DNA of 64,000 nucleotides from Candidatus Poribacteria bacterium (GTDB lineage Bacteria; Poribacteria; WGA-4E; PCPOR2b), in contig OZ240245.1 of assembly GCA_965198175.1 (NCBI GenBank), forward strand, positions 4,832,001-4,896,000, given 5' to 3'. Positions 61,311 to 64,000 of the stretch are shown one piece after another. Each line of letters begins with the position of its first letter. Position 1 is the stretch's first letter. A program made the translations under genes and the position numbers. The notes beneath the pieces were generated by a model, which made no database searches, had not been told where the DNA came from, and worked only from the letters and a program-made list of their open reading frames with translations.

Positions 61311-63179
61311 GTGAACAAGAATGCAAAAAGCATAGCGGTTTGGCTAATCATGGCATCCATAGTTACGATTGTCATGTACCGCCTAATCAACACGGAAGAT
61401 AATGTGAAGCATGACCCGAAAACCTCTGAGTTTTATCAACTCATCGAACGAGGAGATAGCCGGGAGCTATTTGAGGAAATTACGATTGGCAAGGAGTGGA
61501 TTAAAGGTCAATTCAGCGAGCGGGCTATTCAAAACAACCCACCTGTAAAAGCAAATCCAAAGGGGGAATTTAGGATATATCGTGATATTTATTCTGAGTA
61601 CCCACTTGAAGAAAAATTGCTAGATCAGGGAATTCCTTATGACGTTGAACCACCATCCCAGGTGCCGCAATGGATCATGATCTCTCTGACATCAGTATTA
61701 CCAATTCTCCTTTTTGTTGGCATTATGATCTTCTTGTCAAGGCAAGTACAGGGAACTGGCAATCGGGCTTTATCCTTTGGCAAAAGCCGCGCTCGGCTTC
61801 ACTCTGAAAACCAACCCAAGAGGACGTTTGCAGATGTTGCTGGCTGTGATGAGGCAAAAGAGGGTCTTGAAGAAGTTATCGAATTCCTGAAGGATTCGCA
61901 GAAATTTCAGCGACTCGGGGGGCGCATTCCCATGGGCGTCCTGTTAATGGGGCCACCGGGGACAGGAAAAACTTTGCTCGCCCGCGCAGTTGCTGGAGAA
62001 GCAAATGTTCCATTCTATAGCATCAGCGGCTCTGATTTTGTTGAGATGTTCGTAGGTGTCGGCGCATCACGTGTGCGCGATCTCTTTGAAACCGGAAAAA
62101 AGAACGCGCCGTGCATCATCTTCATTGATGAACTTGATGCCGTGGGCAGGCATCGTGGGGCAGGCATCGGCGGTGGACATGATGAGCGGGAACAAACCTT
62201 AAACCAACTGCTCGTTGAGATGGACGGCTTTGATACGTCCGAAGGAGTCATTCTCATTGCTGCGACGAACCGTCCTGATGTGCTAGATCCCGCCTTATTG
62301 CGTCCTGGACGCTTTGATCGCCAGATTGTCGTTGACCTTCCCGATATTAAAGGTCGTGAAGAGATTTTCAAAGTACACGCTGCGTCTCCGATTAAGGTAG
62401 GCGAGGATGTAGACTTAGAAATATTAGCCAGGGCAACCCCTTACTTCTCAGGCGCAGACATCGCAAACATGGTGAACGAGGCTGCTCTGCTTGCAGCCAA
62501 GCAGGGCAAAGATGCGGTTGACATGAGCTGTTTTGATGAAGCTAAAGACCGGGTGATGATGGGGCCCGAACGTCGTAGTCTGGTCATTAGCGAAGAGGAC
62601 AAACGGGTTACTGCTTACCACGAAGCGGGACACACGTTATTGCGGCATATTATTCCTGACAATGACCCTAACTATAAATCTACTATTATTCCACGAGGTA
62701 GAGCACTCGGTGTCTCAGTGGGTTTACCTCTCGAAGAACGCCGTAACTTCAGCAAGACATATCTCCTTGCCGGTATCACCACAGCACTTGGTGGACGTGT
62801 CGCTGAAGAACTCATCTTTGGTGAGCTAACGACCGGCGCCCAGAATGATTTCGAACAAGCCACGGATTTGGCGCGGAAGATGGTCACGCAATGGGGCATG
62901 AGTGAACTTGGACCTCTCTCTTTCGGCAGGCGCGATGAACAGGTTTTTTTGGGCAAAGAAATCGCCCACCACAAAGATTATAGCGAAAATACCGCGCTTG
63001 AGATCGATCAAGCCGTACATCGCATCATTACAGGGTGCTATAATCAAGCGAGGCATCTCATCGAAACTAATGTTGACGGACTGAAAAAGCTTGCAGATGC
63101 GCTCCTAGAGAGGGAAACGCTCATTGGTGAAGAGATCGAGGAAATTCTCGGGCCTCGCCATCAAGTTTCTACTACCTAA
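61311..63179 (+). CDS. ftsH: ATP-dependent zinc metalloprotease FtsH
   Basis: Two TM segments, [27 protein letters not shown] and HEAGH. Confidence 0.97.
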   Translation: MNKNAKSIAVWLIMASIVTIVMYRLINTEDNVKHDPKTSEFYQLIERGDSRELFEEITIGKEWIKGQFSERAIQNNPPVKANPKGEFRIYRDIYSEYPLEEKLLDQGIPYDVEPPSQVPQWIMISLTSVLPILLFVGIMIFLSRQVQGTGNRALSFGKSRARLHSENQPKRTFADVAGCDEAKEGLEEVIEFLKDSQKFQRLGGRIPMGVLLMGPPGTGKTLLARAVAGEANVPFYSISGSDFVEMFVGVGASRVRDLFETGKKNAPCIIFIDELDAVGRHRGAGIGGGHDEREQTLNQLLVEMDGFDTSEGVILIAATNRPDVLDPALLRPGRFDRQIVVDLPDIKGREEIFKVHAASPIKVGEDVDLEILARATPYFSGADIANMVNEAALLAAKQGKDAVDMSCFDEAKDRVMMGPERRSLVISEEDKRVTAYHEAGHTLLRHIIPDNDPNYKSTIIPRGRALGVSVGLPLEERRNFSKTYLLAGITTALGGRVAEELIFGELTTGAQNDFEQATDLARKMVTQWGMSELGPLSFGRRDEQVFLGKEIAHHKDYSENTALEIDQAVHRIITGCYNQARHLIETNVDGLKKLADALLERETLIGEEIEEILGPRHQVSTT

Positions 63180-63196
63180 TACTAACGCTGCAATCT

Positions 63197-64000
63197 ATGA
63201 ACTGCCGCGGAAAGCAACTCGCTCTTGGACAACGCACGCTCATTATGGGTGTGTTGAACGTAACCCCGGATTCCTTTTCAGAGGACGGGCGTTATCTGAA
63301 GGTTGATAGTGCTATTGCCCATGCCAAAAGAATGGTTCAGGAGGGAGCGGATATCATTGATATCGGCGGTGAATCTTCCCGACCAGGGGCATTGCCAATT
63401 TCTGCCGATGAAGAACTAGCTCGCGTCCTGCCGGTTGTCGAAGCGCTTGTAAGCGGCGATATCCCCGTTCCCATTTCGATTGACACCTATAAAGCCTATG
63501 TTGCGCGTCGGGTGCTTCAAGAGGGCGCCCACATCGTCAATGATATTACGGCGCTTAGAGGCGATTCAGACATGGCAAGGGTCGTCAGCGAAATGCACGC
63601 AGGATTAGTCCTGATGCACATGAAGGGTAATCCTCAAACAATGCAGCAATCGCCTACCTACCAGAATGTGATCTCTGAGATTCTCTTTTTTTTCCAAGAA
63701 CGTATCGGTGAAGCCGGAAAGAAAGGAATTCATCCGGATCAGATTCTAATTGATCCCGGCATCGGATTTGGTAAAACTACCGAGCATAATCTGGAAATTT
63801 TGCGCCGGCTTCGTGATTTTCAGTCCGTGAACAAGCCTATCCTCATTGGTGTCTCCAGGAAATCTTTTATTGGGAAAATCCTCAATCTTCCAGTAAACGA
63901 TCGGATGGAAGGCACCGCTGCCACAGTTGCTTGGGCAATTGCCCACGGTGCAGACGTTGTTCGCGTCCATGATGTGAAAGCTATGCGTCGAGTTGCTCAA
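63197..64000 (+). CDS. folP: dihydropteroate synthase (runs off the window edge)
   Basis: Not in the ORF track. MGVLNVTPDSFS, DIGGESSRPG, SIDTYK, IDPGIGFGK, GVSRKSF and RVHDV; canonical position after ftsH. Confidence 0.95.
   Translation, partial: MNCRGKQLALGQRTLIMGVLNVTPDSFSEDGRYLKVDSAIAHAKRMVQEGADIIDIGGESSRPGALPISADEELARVLPVVEALVSGDIPVPISIDTYKAYVARRVLQEGAHIVNDITALRGDSDMARVVSEMHAGLVLMHMKGNPQTMQQSPTYQNVISEILFFFQERIGEAGKKGIHPDQILIDPGIGFGKTTEHNLEILRRLRDFQSVNKPILIGVSRKSFIGKILNLPVNDRMEGTAATVAWAIAHGADVVRVHDVKAMRRVAQ

Overview
Bacterial chromosomal window of about 50% GC. The WD40 protein with a 'YTQWNLPEGAKARLGKG' cap, several HEAT-repeat proteins and the repeat landscape suggest Candidatus Poribacteria or a relative, but this is an inference. 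The core content is serA (partial) divergent from a class I DAHP synthase, a methyltransferase and leuA. An accessory patch at about 4.5-9.7 kb holds an SDR remnant, a complete IS5-family element, orphan small ORFs, a TolB/PD40 lipoprotein and hicB with a decayed hicA. A 25-kb minus-strand energy cluster follows (nuoA-N with fused nuoCD, a HEAT protein, 2-oxoacid:ferredoxin oxidoreductase alpha/beta, aceE-aceF-lpdA). The remainder carries sugar-acid catabolism genes, Moco genes, a HelY-like helicase with two uncharacterised HEAT and PDZ-HEAT lipoproteins, an FprA-type reductase, a 1028-aa six-hairpin glycosidase-like protein, ftsH and folP (partial). The best unannotated signals are: (1) a complete Phe/Tyr leader-peptide attenuator in front of the DAHP synthase; (2) a dispersed GTAG-ended REP/REPIN-like family whose ends coincide with a gene truncation and bracket cargo genes; (3) an IS5 scar inside the nuo operon; (4) a second palindromic mini-element family; (5) two candidate structured RNAs. 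No rRNA, tRNA or CRISPR array was found.
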